From IMG/VR virus record IMGVR_UViG_3300032282_003292, positions 1 to 56,001 of that record: 56,001 bases of DNA; one strand, written 5' to 3'. Shown piece by piece: positions 1 through 8,788 of this stretch (position 1 is its first letter; each line of letters starts with the position of its first letter). The notes under the pieces were generated by a model. It saw only the letters and a program-made list of their open reading frames with translations. It made no database searches and was not told where the DNA came from. Origin of the DNA: a virus. Lineage: Duplodnaviria; Caudoviricetes. The position numbers and the translations under genes were made by a program.

Positions 1-201
1 CTCCAGTTCATCAAGTTTTTCTGAAACAAGACCAGTCAAATCAATCTGATTAACATCAACACCTTCATCATTACAATCAAGGATAAACTCCATGAATGAA
101 CCGAGAATGAGGCAAGCACGACGTTTATCATGCTTGGTGATAGCTGTATGAGGCATAGCAACGTAAGCAACAATGTGCTCGTAAAGTTGGTCGTAAGTCA
201 T
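1..201 (-). CDS. hypothetical phage protein, 3'-truncated by window edge (MTYDQLYEHIVAYVAMPH...)
   Basis: Read manually: ATG at 201, open to the window edge, ATGA overlap with the stop of 198..380. Confidence 0.7.
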   Translation of the reverse strand, partial: MTYDQLYEHIVAYVAMPHTAITKHDKRRACLILGSFMEFILDCNDEGVDVNQIDLTGLVSEKLDELE

Positions 202-380
202 TGGTAATCTCCATCCTCAAAGCTAAAGTATTCGTAGATTTCAGACATCACACAATCCTCAATGCGCTCAGTAATAGCACTTTCGGTGGGATTTTCAACA
301 TGTTTGTGTGCCAGTCTATAACCACGACGCACACCTTGTTCAATCGCCATCTCTAAGATGACACGCATTTTAACTTTCAT
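198..380 (-). CDS. small hypothetical phage protein
   Basis: ORF in tightly coupled (ATGA-overlap) chain of small - strand genes. Confidence 0.75.
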   Translation of the reverse strand: MKVKMRVILEMAIEQGVRRGYRLAHKHVENPTESAITERIEDCVMSEIYEYFSFEDGDYQ

Positions 381-619
381 TCGAATACCTCAAAGTCAGC
401 AGTAATTTCCCAGTGGGAATCAGATTTATCACCAAAACGATTTGTGCCAGTGCGAGTGCTGACCCACATAAAGTATTTACGATTCTCAGAAGCGAGAAAC
501 AACTCACCTCCAGTATCCTGGTCTACAATACAAACAGGATTGCCTTCCATAATATTAGCAAGGCGATTCTTTGCCTTGCTACTCTTAGGTTTTACAATAA
601 CTTTTCTGACTTTTCTCAT
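377..619 (-). CDS. small hypothetical cyanophage protein
   Basis: ORF coupled by 4-nt overlaps on both sides. Confidence 0.75.
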   Translation of the reverse strand: MRKVRKVIVKPKSSKAKNRLANIMEGNPVCIVDQDTGGELFLASENRKYFMWVSTRTGTNRFGDKSDSHWEITADFEVFE

Positions 620-813
620 TTTTGTCGAAGAAAAAGAATGATAAAAGCAAAACTAAAAAAGGCAATAGCAAGTAGAAAAGAAATCCAAAGAGGAGACAGC
701 ACCCACCACCAAGACCAAGTAATATGTCCTGTGAGTTTCAGACCAATAAACAATACAGTCAGAAGACCAGGGAATCCGATACCACTGGAAGAGGAAGAAT
801 TGTTGTTAGACAT
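616..813 (-). CDS. small membrane protein (GIGF.GLLT..FI.LKL.G.I.WSWWWV..PLW family, common in phages)
   Basis: Two hydrophobic segments with WSWWWVLSPLW motif; start moved to MSNNN (813) because a sigma70 promoter lies at 839-867. Confidence 0.75.
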   Translation of the reverse strand: MSNNNSSSSSGIGFPGLLTVLFIGLKLTGHITWSWWWVLSPLWISFLLAIAFFSFAFIILFLRQK

Positions 814-838
814 GAAGTGTCTTTCGTTGTATGAATAC

Positions 839-867
839 AATATAACATCCATTAACAGAATTGTCAA
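839..867 (-). promoter_or_regulatory. sigma70-type early promoter TTGACA-17-TATATT
   Basis: Near-consensus hexamers, 17-bp spacer, upstream of 616..813. Confidence 0.75.
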
Positions 868-884
868 GGGATGATTGATAAGCA

Positions 885-1163
885 TTACTGATATGATTCT
901 CCATAACGATGGTATCTGTTATAATTGCGTGGTGAGAATGTTAGAAAATCACAGCGAATCTCAAACCACTTCCAGCGGAATGAGAATCCTGTGAGTGAGC
1001 GACTACCGAAGCTAATTAGTAGCATTGGAAATATATCAGTGGCAGGGTATTCATCCCACTGAATGACAACATCCATCAGTGCGAAATGTGGATACCATCC
1101 AAGCAGTTGGAAATACCATTCGTGCCCGTAATCTTCGTAGTGGTAGTAGTTAAAAAGTTTCAT
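885..1163 (-). CDS. hypothetical phage protein (aromatic-rich)
   Basis: ORF in coupled chain. Confidence 0.7.
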   Translation of the reverse strand: MKLFNYYHYEDYGHEWYFQLLGWYPHFALMDVVIQWDEYPATDIFPMLLISFGSRSLTGFSFRWKWFEIRCDFLTFSPRNYNRYHRYGESYQ

Positions 1164-1372
1164 TTTGGACAGTATAAAAAATATTTAAATTGGGCACCTA
1201 AATCTAGCCACCTCACAATCTCACACCCTTTGTATGAATCCACCACCTCAAAATTGCTTTGAGGTTTTTGTGATTTATTTTCTTTTTTGAAGACATAAAA
1301 CATAGAAAGAAAGAATGTAGCAACTACAGCACCAAATAATACTGCTTTTTCAATATCAGATTTGTAAGTCAT
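1160..1372 (-). CDS. small membrane-anchored protein with FEVVD.Y..C..VR...YFL.C domain
   Basis: N-terminal TM helix; paralogous to 2692..2922. Confidence 0.75.
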   Translation of the reverse strand: MTYKSDIEKAVLFGAVVATFFLSMFYVFKKENKSQKPQSNFEVVDSYKGCEIVRWLDLGAQFKYFLYCPK

Positions 1373-1378
1373 TTTTTT

Positions 1379-1732
1379 TTAATCCCAAGGTGCTTTACGA
1401 TTCATAATTTCTTTAATTCTTTCTACCACAGCAGGGTCTGGTGGTTCATTGATTTGTCGCACAAGTTCATCGTATGCTTCTGCGGATACAATAATCCTTT
1501 CTGGTTCTTGCCCTAATCTCAACCTGCGTTCTGGACTGATAGTTGGATTGTAAGGGTCATCATAATCATAGATGTATTCTTGAAACCAACCAATACTCAA
1601 ACTCTCCCAGAACTCACCATATCCCCATTCATCACCGTCATTATAACAGTCAAGAATATACAGGACATTACGAAATCCATCAAGGAAATCTTGCCACTTT
1701 GATTGAGTTTCAAATCTCATTCCATTCCTCAT
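1379..1732 (-). CDS. hypothetical protein with DUF1778/TacA-like C-terminal tail
   Basis: C-terminus IIVSAEAYDELVRQINEPPDP...IKEIMNRKAPW resembles DUF1778 C-terminus. Confidence 0.65.
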   Translation of the reverse strand: MRNGMRFETQSKWQDFLDGFRNVLYILDCYNDGDEWGYGEFWESLSIGWFQEYIYDYDDPYNPTISPERRLRLGQEPERIIVSAEAYDELVRQINEPPDPAVVERIKEIMNRKAPWD

Positions 1733-1901
1733 ATCTGGTATTTATTTTACCACAGTTGTTGAAGATATTCAAGTGCCCTGTGCGACCATCCTCAAAATAG
1801 AATGCCATCCACACATGCTCACCTTCATCCATCACCTCGTAATGGTATGATTTAATGTTATCAAGAAGAATCTCGTCTGGATTATAAAGTTCTTTATCCA
1901 T
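1710..1901 (-). CDS. small hypothetical phage protein
   Basis: ORF in coupled chain. Confidence 0.7.
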   Translation of the reverse strand: MDKELYNPDEILLDNIKSYHYEVMDEGEHVWMAFYFEDGRTGHLNIFNNCGKINTRYEEWNEI

Positions 1902-2203
1902 TATGAATAGTTAACGTGTAAATGTGTTTGCCAAGTAAATGCTGGTTGATCTTCACGAGCAATCATCTCTATAACATAATCTGGAACTAATTTACCATAC
2001 TTGTTCAAGAATTCGTCTTGCGTGAGTTCATCAAATCCGTGCATATAATGATCGCAATCAACAAATTTTGCGAACTTTTCATACTCTCGGTCTCTATCAT
2101 CAATTTTTTGATAGTTACGGCAGATTGTTAAGAAATAAGACCTGCCCTCACCAGTTGCACAGTAATCAATCACAAAGAAACGATAAAAAGGTTTGTCATC
2201 CAT
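1901..2203 (-). CDS. hypothetical phage protein (DY.ATGEGR motif)
   Basis: ORF in coupled chain. Confidence 0.7.
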   Translation of the reverse strand: MDDKPFYRFFVIDYCATGEGRSYFLTICRNYQKIDDRDREYEKFAKFVDCDHYMHGFDELTQDEFLNKYGKLVPDYVIEMIAREDQPAFTWQTHLHVNYS

Positions 2204-2537
2204 TCTTTTGGTTCCTCACTCTATTAAGAAATTCAGTTGCCTGATCATCCAATCCTTCAATCAAATCTTCAATATCAGAAATGGCAATTTCATTATACTC
2301 ACGGTTGAGGTTCTCACAACGCAAAGCATCAATCATAGATTGAAATGCAATCATTTGTTGGTGTTCTGGTGTGATTGGTGTCCCGTAAGGGAGACCAGAA
2401 CATTCCATATTGTAAAAGTCATTGTATCGTTGAAGAACACGATTACTTTTTTGTCTTCTTTCTGCTTCTTCAAGCATTTCTTCGTGTGTCATCTCAAGTT
2501 TTTTAATATTTGTTGTGTCCATTTCTTTTATTTTCAC
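2196..2537 (-). CDS. hypothetical phage protein
   Basis: GTG start overlapping upstream stop; coupled chain. Confidence 0.7.
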   Translation of the reverse strand: MKIKEMDTTNIKKLEMTHEEMLEEAERRQKSNRVLQRYNDFYNMECSGLPYGTPITPEHQQMIAFQSMIDALRCENLNREYNEIAISDIEDLIEGLDDQATEFLNRVRNQKNG

Positions 2538-2695
2538 GTTGGTTGTTCTTGTTTTTGAGTATAGACTGTATCAAAAAGTTGATTCAAAATTTCATCACAT
2601 TCCCAATATTCTGAACCATCATGAACACATTTTTCTAATTGATACCTACGAACAGAATTGTAAATAAGTTTGTATTGATTTGTTGTAAAATTCAT
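2534..2695 (-). CDS. 53-aa hypothetical protein (MNFTTNQYKLIYNSVRRYQLEKC...), missing from ORF track
   Basis: Read manually; fills gap exactly with 4-nt overlaps at both ends. Confidence 0.7.
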   Translation of the reverse strand: MNFTTNQYKLIYNSVRRYQLEKCVHDGSEYWECDEILNQLFDTVYTQKQEQPT

Positions 2696-2922
2696 AGTGT
2701 TTTTTTGTTACTGCAATCTAAAAAATAAATCCATTGATCACTTACACTTGTATACCTAACAACCGAACATTCATTATAAGTATCCACTACTTCAAATTTT
2801 GATATCGGTTTGTATGGAATTAAAATCTCTTTTAATGTTGCTACTGAAAAACATACCAAAAAAAGTATTATCAATCCAACAATTATTTTGTTTTTAATTT
2901 TTTCAAATTCTTCCTTCGTCAT
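2692..2922 (-). CDS. small membrane-anchored protein, paralog of 1160..1372
   Basis: TM helix then FEVVDTYNECSVVRY...YFLDC; start likely MTKEEF. Confidence 0.7.
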   Translation of the reverse strand: MTKEEFEKIKNKIIVGLIILFLVCFSVATLKEILIPYKPISKFEVVDTYNECSVVRYTSVSDQWIYFLDCSNKKTL

Positions 2923-3124
2923 GATAATTTTCAATTTCGTTGGCAAGTGCAATCATATCATTTTTATCAATGACTGTCAAGTTATTCATTTTCTGAGCAA
3001 CCATAGTTCTACAATGTTCTGTTGCTTTTTTTAAAATAACAGATATTAATTTATTTTCTGTATTTGCCCAGATATTTCTTTCATTCCAAATTTCATCTAT
3101 TAATTTTTTAGCTCTATCAGTCAT
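2903..3124 (-). CDS. small hypothetical phage protein
   Basis: ORF in coupled chain. Confidence 0.7.
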   Translation of the reverse strand: MTDRAKKLIDEIWNERNIWANTENKLISVILKKATEHCRTMVAQKMNNLTVIDKNDMIALANEIENYHDEGRI

Positions 3125-3491
3125 TTAATTCCACATCTTCTTCAAGATCTTTTAATTGTTTCATAAAATCTTCATCCATGGGATATACTTTTTCTTTACC
3201 AGTTTCAATATCATGCATCATTTTCATCAGATATTCAAGAAATTCTTTAGGATACACTTCATCTTCGCCAAGAGTTACCCAAAACCATTCAAGACATTCT
3301 TGTTCTGGATCTTCTACAGTTCTTAGTAGAGCATAATTCTCATAGTTTGATCCCATGAGATCTGCCCAGATTCGAAATGTTCCACGAATAGATTGCCATC
3401 CAGTCATCCAACAATGATCAATCCAGTATTCCCACCAATTGAGTGTAATGTTTTGTTTATCTGTTGCCAATACTTTTTTAGTATAAGTCAT
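3117..3491 (-). CDS. hypothetical cyanophage protein (Trp-rich)
   Basis: ORF in coupled chain. Confidence 0.75.
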   Translation of the reverse strand: MTYTKKVLATDKQNITLNWWEYWIDHCWMTGWQSIRGTFRIWADLMGSNYENYALLRTVEDPEQECLEWFWVTLGEDEVYPKEFLEYLMKMMHDIETGKEKVYPMDEDFMKQLKDLEEDVELND

Positions 3492-3494
3492 TTA

Positions 3495-3677
3495 TTAGTC
3501 AGAAGCTCTCCAAAATTTTATGGTAGGTGGCGATTGATATTCTTCAATCATTTCTAAAATTGATTGGGCAGATTTTTTTGCATGATTTTCATCCCAGTTT
3601 TCTTTTTTTTGACCACTATTATAGTAGTCATATAGATATTGTTTGATGCTATCCATAAGTCTATCGTATCTAGTCAT
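3495..3677 (-). CDS. small hypothetical phage protein
   Basis: First ORF behind promoter at 3702-3730. Confidence 0.7.
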   Translation of the reverse strand: MTRYDRLMDSIKQYLYDYYNSGQKKENWDENHAKKSAQSILEMIEEYQSPPTIKFWRASD

Positions 3678-3701
3678 AAAAAAATTTGTTTCAATCGTGT
3701 T

Positions 3702-3730
3702 ATTGTAGCTTAATCATTTCTATCTGTCAA
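3702..3730 (-). promoter_or_regulatory. sigma70-type early promoter TTGACA-17-TACAAT
   Basis: Near-consensus hexamers, 17-bp spacer. Confidence 0.75.
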
Positions 3731-3973
3731 GTCCTTCGAGTCAAGGTTCAAATCTTTCTCTAACTGTCTTGTCATTTTATTAATTCTTCTTTCAAAATTC
3801 CATTTTGTGATTGGATTTTTGGGATGAAAATTAATTAACCACCAAGCTCTTTTTATCTGTATCCCCAAAAATTTAAATTGTAATACAATGTAATCTGCAA
3901 TATTTTTATCCATTACAATTAAATAACAGATAATTGCAAATACTGAAAATAGCGAGTAATAATAAATCATCAA
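3710..3973 (-). CDS. small membrane-anchored hypothetical cyanophage protein
   Basis: N-terminal hydrophobic helix; CTAAATA late-like box at 3991-3997. Confidence 0.7.
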   Translation of the reverse strand: MMIYYYSLFSVFAIICYLIVMDKNIADYIVLQFKFLGIQIKRAWWLINFHPKNPITKWNFERRINKMTRQLEKDLNLDSKDLTDRND

Positions 3974-3993
3974 TTAATTTGCTTGTAAAATAT

Positions 3994-4182
3994 TTAGGAT
4001 TGATCTTCCCAATTTTCTTTTTCTTTTTTACGAAGCTTTTTGAGTTCCTTTAACATATCTTTAATTTCTTGATATGCAATTTCTGGCTTCATTTTATTGC
4101 TGATCTCAAGACCAACAATGTATTGCACTTTATCTCCAAAACGGGCAAGGGCACGTTCAAATTCAGTAAGTGTTTCGTACAT
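3994..4182 (-). CDS. small hypothetical cyanophage protein (MYE.L..FERAL.RFG family)
   Basis: Recognisable recurrent cyanomyovirus ORF. Confidence 0.75.
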   Translation of the reverse strand: MYETLTEFERALARFGDKVQYIVGLEISNKMKPEIAYQEIKDMLKELKKLRKKEKENWEDQS

Positions 4183-4190
4183 AAGATTAA

Positions 4191-5429
4191 TTAGCGAACA
4201 TCAATAGCGGGTTGACCTTTAACAAAAATGGTATCGACAACTTCTTCCAGACAACGCTGAGTTTTCTTACCATAGTTTTTGAACACAGGAACCGTCACGA
4301 AACCTGTGGGTTTTCGGTACATTTCAAAATTACCTGCTTCAATTTTACCACAAGAAATGTCTTTTGCGTCATCTTTGTTAAGACGAATGACACGACCAAT
4401 AGTTTGTGCCATTTCTACGATAGGAAGATTGCGAAGCAGAATAGTATGAGTCAGACCATGAACGTTGATACCTTCAGACAAGATGCTATAGTGGAAAATG
4501 ATAAATTTACGCTCAGGATCTTGACCCCAGGTGTTAAAAGTATCGAAAAAAGTTTCACGATCTACTTTAGTACCATTAACATAAGCACCAAATTTACTGG
4601 TGATATGCAAAACATCATAGCCACGCTCGGCAAGGTCTGTGAGGACCGTGGTGCGTGAAAGCATCTGCCACAAGACTTTGCTACTGGGAGATGCCACAAG
4701 CACCTTCTGGGCGTTCCTAGAGTCCAATCCGTCGATCATATCAATTAGAATGCTATGATCGTTATCTGATGCATTCAATCCCTTCTGACGCTCGTAATCA
4801 ACTTCGTGAATGTCAATAGTAGGTCGAAGAATACTTCCTTGAGAAACAAGTTCTGGTGCAGGAATATTAGCAATGATCTGTCCAAAAACAATTTTGTTAT
4901 TCATTCCAGTACCGAGAGAAGAACGTCGATGCTTGGGAGTAGCAGTAAAATAATAATAATTAGTAGCATTACAAGATGCCACAGAATCGAAAAAGTCAAT
5001 ACGAACCGCATTGTGTGCTTCATCATAGTAAGCAACATCAATGTCAATTTCTGATTCATTAATACGACGAAGAGAGTTGTAGGTGGTAAAAATTAATTTA
5101 TGATTATCAACAATTTTATCCCAAGCAGAAATCACTTTCGAGTCTGTTGTGTTTTTGTGGTGTGTTTCTCCACTATGAACGTGAAGAACGTTAGCATTAT
5201 CAATAAACTCAAGAAACTCATTTGATAGTTGTTCGGCAAGAAGAATACGGGGAGCACAGACAACAATAGTCTGTGGAGTAGATGCCTCACGCATACGACG
5301 GATGGCATCATAAATCATCATAAGAGTCTTGCCAGACCCAGTGGGAGCAATAATCTGCCCAAACTGATGACGAATCATCGCATCAAGTGCTCTTTGTTGA
5401 TGTGGGCGAAGTTTCATAACAAAAATCAA
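4191..5429 (-). CDS. superfamily II (DExH/ResIII-like) helicase
   Basis: Q-motif LRPHQ, Walker A APTGSGKT, DEAH, TAT, motif VI QTIGRVIR. Confidence 0.9.
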   Translation of the reverse strand: MIFVMKLRPHQQRALDAMIRHQFGQIIAPTGSGKTLMMIYDAIRRMREASTPQTIVVCAPRILLAEQLSNEFLEFIDNANVLHVHSGETHHKNTTDSKVISAWDKIVDNHKLIFTTYNSLRRINESEIDIDVAYYDEAHNAVRIDFFDSVASCNATNYYYFTATPKHRRSSLGTGMNNKIVFGQIIANIPAPELVSQGSILRPTIDIHEVDYERQKGLNASDNDHSILIDMIDGLDSRNAQKVLVASPSSKVLWQMLSRTTVLTDLAERGYDVLHITSKFGAYVNGTKVDRETFFDTFNTWGQDPERKFIIFHYSILSEGINVHGLTHTILLRNLPIVEMAQTIGRVIRLNKDDAKDISCGKIEAGNFEMYRKPTGFVTVPVFKNYGKKTQRCLEEVVDTIFVKGQPAIDVR

Positions 5430-5439
5430 TTACTCAGAT

Positions 5440-5468
5440 ATTATACACGACAATCAGATGGCTGTCAG
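5440..5468 (-). promoter_or_regulatory. sigma70-type early promoter CTGACA-17-TATAAT
   Basis: Perfect -10, 5/6 -35, directly upstream of helicase. Confidence 0.7.
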
Positions 5469-5484
5469 TATCAAATGTGACAGT

Positions 5485-6312
5485 TTAAGATCTGGTCCAA
5501 ACTTTATGAAACTCATAAACACAAAATGATTCCAATTCTATATGAACAATTTCACTACCTTGCCATCTAAACTTTAAAATAGTTTTTTCTGCCCCAGGAG
5601 AAACTTCAAAAATATAATCATATTGATCTTGAGTTAAAATGCCCAAATCAACAAAATTTTGATACAATTCTTTTTTTAAATTCAAATAATACGAAGCATC
5701 GCGTTTGAAAAAAATGTTGTTGTTATTGTTATCAATTGGTATATTAAACGGATTAATATTTATTCCAAAATTTTGTTCATTTTCCAAATCAATTAAATGC
5801 AACGGAAAAATATTTTTTGCATTTTTTTGATCTATTATAGTCTGCATTTCATTATATTTTTCTAAGGAAGAAAAGTAATCAATTTCAGACAATTTGGAAT
5901 TTAATATAGCAACTTCCATAAATTTTCCATTTCCACCTTTTTCAAAGTAATTGGCGCCAACCAAAATAGGAATATTACTTTCGTGTAATGTTTTTAATAA
6001 TGAATTTTCTGGTGTGTTATAAAAACCACCTAATATTCCACAATCATGATAAGGAATTCCTTGAGTTAAAGATACAGTATATCCAAATATTTCTTCTTGA
6101 TTATCAGTATACCATGTTTTTAAATAATCCAAAATATTTGGATTATTGAATATTTTTTCGTATTCAAGTATTTTTTGATATGTTGTTTCGTCTACATATG
6201 GAGGCGAAATAGTTGCATATCGATAAGGAACTATCTTAGCATAAGATATTTTTTTCTTTAAGTTTAAGTCAAATATCTCAGATCCTATATAATGATCTAT
6301 TACTTCTTCCAT
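5485..6312 (-). CDS. hypothetical protein
   Basis: 275-aa ORF, co-oriented with oxygenase cluster. Confidence 0.75.
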   Translation of the reverse strand: MEEVIDHYIGSEIFDLNLKKKISYAKIVPYRYATISPPYVDETTYQKILEYEKIFNNPNILDYLKTWYTDNQEEIFGYTVSLTQGIPYHDCGILGGFYNTPENSLLKTLHESNIPILVGANYFEKGGNGKFMEVAILNSKLSEIDYFSSLEKYNEMQTIIDQKNAKNIFPLHLIDLENEQNFGININPFNIPIDNNNNNIFFKRDASYYLNLKKELYQNFVDLGILTQDQYDYIFEVSPGAEKTILKFRWQGSEIVHIELESFCVYEFHKVWTRS

Positions 6313-6318
6313 TGGTAA

Positions 6319-6669
6319 TTAAATATCGTTTGCGTAAAATATATATCCTTCATTCGTAAATCCTCTAACAGAAACCCAAAGTTCTGGGTAAGAAACTTTA
6401 TTATTTAAAGGAAACAAATCAGTGGCAAATTCTTCTGCCTTTTCATAAGAATGAAAATTAACAGCAAACGTGTTTTCTTTTTCAAATACAGTATATACTT
6501 CAATTGGTAAAATTTCTTTATAGTGATTCAATGCTTTTTGTATATTTTCTTCGTCTACAGAATTCTTGATACCTATTTTTTTAATTATTAATGTAGGTTT
6601 ATCGACATGTTTCGAATATTTTTCAATAATATCAATATATTCATCTACTTTATAGAATTGATAATCCAT
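6319..6669 (-). CDS. hypothetical cyanophage protein
   Basis: ORF in operon. Confidence 0.75.
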   Translation of the reverse strand: MDYQFYKVDEYIDIIEKYSKHVDKPTLIIKKIGIKNSVDEENIQKALNHYKEILPIEVYTVFEKENTFAVNFHSYEKAEEFATDLFPLNNKVSYPELWVSVRGFTNEGYIFYANDI

Positions 6670-7230
6670 TTACTTTTTCTCCATTTTCCAAACAACAACA
6701 GTTCTTAGTCCAGAATATAATCTAGTAACTTCTTCTGCATAATGAGGAATCAACCCAGGAAAATAAACTGCTCTATTTTTTGCTGGTAATATATATTTAT
6801 TTTTATTATCATCGTCAAAAATAAATGCAGTTTTTCCGCCAAACTCATGACTCCAAAAATTATTTGAATAATATAAAAATGTCATGTGTTTATTAATATT
6901 GCCATCTTGATGCAATTCACTAGGAAGACCAAAAGTATTGCCATTTGCATAGCATCTTCCAAAATTTAATTCATACCCAACAATATTTTGAATTTTATTA
7001 AAAAGATATTCGGTGAAAAATTTTTCTCCCTGCAAATCCATACTCCAAAAAGAAGTAGTTTTTTTTAAATCAGGATTTTTTTTGGATGTATGTCCCCAAA
7101 TCCAATTAGGTCTTTTTAAATAATTTTGTATAGTTTCAATATCTAAAGGAGAAAAAACATTTTCATATATTTTAATATCATCATTACTAAAATTATGAGG
7201 AATAAGATTATATTTTTCAAAAAATTCCAT
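6670..7230 (-). CDS. 2OG-Fe(II) oxygenase
   Basis: HQD ... GG ... NRAVYFPG.IPH ... R motif set of DSBH dioxygenases. Confidence 0.9.
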   Translation of the reverse strand: MEFFEKYNLIPHNFSNDDIKIYENVFSPLDIETIQNYLKRPNWIWGHTSKKNPDLKKTTSFWSMDLQGEKFFTEYLFNKIQNIVGYELNFGRCYANGNTFGLPSELHQDGNINKHMTFLYYSNNFWSHEFGGKTAFIFDDDNKNKYILPAKNRAVYFPGLIPHYAEEVTRLYSGLRTVVVWKMEKK

Positions 7231-7873
7231 ATTCTCTTACTAGTTTAAATTTAATATTTTCAAAATCATAAACTTTCTCTCCCAAAATTTCTTTATTTTT
7301 GTAAAGTATTTCGCAATATTCTGTTATTATAGATCTTATACGAGAATCATGAATTAATGATTCCATCCAAAATACAACAACTTTTCTAGATCCAGATACA
7401 ATTTTATTAACTTTGTGTTCTAGACCAGTAGGATATATAACTGCTTGTCCAGGTTGCAATTTATATTCAAGTTCTTTTCCACCAACTTTTATGATTAATT
7501 CTCCGCCTTCATATTCATCAGGAGAATTTAAAAAACATGTCACACTATAATCAGATTTAATACCATCCATTACATACAAATCATAATGATAATTGTAATG
7601 CATTCCTGGTTCATATTTGACAAAAAGTGGATTAGTAAATCCTTTTGGACTAAAAAGATATTTTAGGTGCAGACAATTATCCACACATTCATCAAAATAT
7701 TTTCTCAATGTATTATAATGAGCTGGATCTAACATTTCTAAGTTATTTTTAATATTTTTGTCATCAGTTCCACTTACAGAACCATCGACAAAATCAGAAA
7801 TTTCATAATAATCTAAAATATTAGAAACTTGTTCTTCATTTAATAAATCAATCGTATGTATCATATATTTCAA
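7217..7873 (-). CDS. PKHD-type (PiuC/YbiX-like) 2OG-Fe(II) hydroxylase
   Basis: HYD, SDYS.T.FLN.PDEYEGGEL, HKV..IVSG.R...V.W.ES...D..IR. Confidence 0.9.
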   Translation of the reverse strand: MKYMIHTIDLLNEEQVSNILDYYEISDFVDGSVSGTDDKNIKNNLEMLDPAHYNTLRKYFDECVDNCLHLKYLFSPKGFTNPLFVKYEPGMHYNYHYDLYVMDGIKSDYSVTCFLNSPDEYEGGELIIKVGGKELEYKLQPGQAVIYPTGLEHKVNKIVSGSRKVVVFWMESLIHDSRIRSIITEYCEILYKNKEILGEKVYDFENIKFKLVREYGIF

Positions 7874-7903
7874 AGCAAAGGGTTGTTTTAATTTTTATTT
7901 TAT

Positions 7904-8776
7904 TCAATTCCCAATTAATTTTTGTAATAAATCTGGGTAATAATTTCTTAATTTTAATTTTTTGATTAATTCAGTAGTTTCTGTAGATAATTTAATTTCA
8001 TTGTTTACATTTGATTGAATATATTCTTGAATATTGTATATATTTCTTGACATGTAATCAAAGGATGCGTTAAACTCATAGCTACTAAATTGATCTTCTG
8101 TAGATAAATATTCTACTTCTTGATTTGGATATTTTTCCAAATACATTTTTGGATCTATTGCAAATTTAAATTCATAACAAAATTTAAAAAGTTCATATGG
8201 CGTGGAGAATTGATCACTACTAGGTAAACACTCACGCAACCATTTTCTCCATTTAATCCACAAGTCAGTTTCTCCTGGAAATTTTTCAATTACATCAGGT
8301 AATACTCTCCAATCACTAAAATATAGCATTTCATTTATTTGTTTTTTTAATATAGACCATTTTTCATCAAAAAATGCTTGATTATTTGATATTAAAGTTT
8401 TTGCATCTTCAAGCCATTTATCAGTTTGTTCTTTTTGTTCAACAAATCCAACAGTTGTGAACATGTCATACACTTCTGTAGCTTGTTCTACTGATTTTTC
8501 ATTAAATTGATATGATTGCCAGTAATAACTTTGATTAGTGTAATCTAAACGTTTACGTTTTTTCTGACAAAAATATGAGTTATCATTATAAAATACAAAA
8601 AATTCAATTTCATCTTTACCAGGATCGTGCCATTCTGGTATTAAAAAATTTAAAACAACTTCATTCCAAATATCATCTGGAATTAAAGTAGAAGTATCAT
8701 AATTTCTAAAATATATTATTTTTTCCAAGCAATTTACTTCTAAAATTGCTTTTTTTTCTATAAATTGCTCTTCCAT
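7904..8776 (-). CDS. tail fibre assembly chaperone-like protein
   Basis: L..SDWRVLPD...W..WR..LR motif typical of phage tail assembly chaperones; follows tail-fibre genes. Confidence 0.7.
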   Translation of the reverse strand: MEEQFIEKKAILEVNCLEKIIYFRNYDTSTLIPDDIWNEVVLNFLIPEWHDPGKDEIEFFVFYNDNSYFCQKKRKRLDYTNQSYYWQSYQFNEKSVEQATEVYDMFTTVGFVEQKEQTDKWLEDAKTLISNNQAFFDEKWSILKKQINEMLYFSDWRVLPDVIEKFPGETDLWIKWRKWLRECLPSSDQFSTPYELFKFCYEFKFAIDPKMYLEKYPNQEVEYLSTEDQFSSYEFNASFDYMSRNIYNIQEYIQSNVNNEIKLSTETTELIKKLKLRNYYPDLLQKLIGN

Positions 8777-8788
8777 TTTATTTTATTC

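Noticed and set aside
4191-5429. Naming the helicase uvsW
   Set aside because: SF2 motifs are clear but the UvsW N-terminal domain and gene context are absent.
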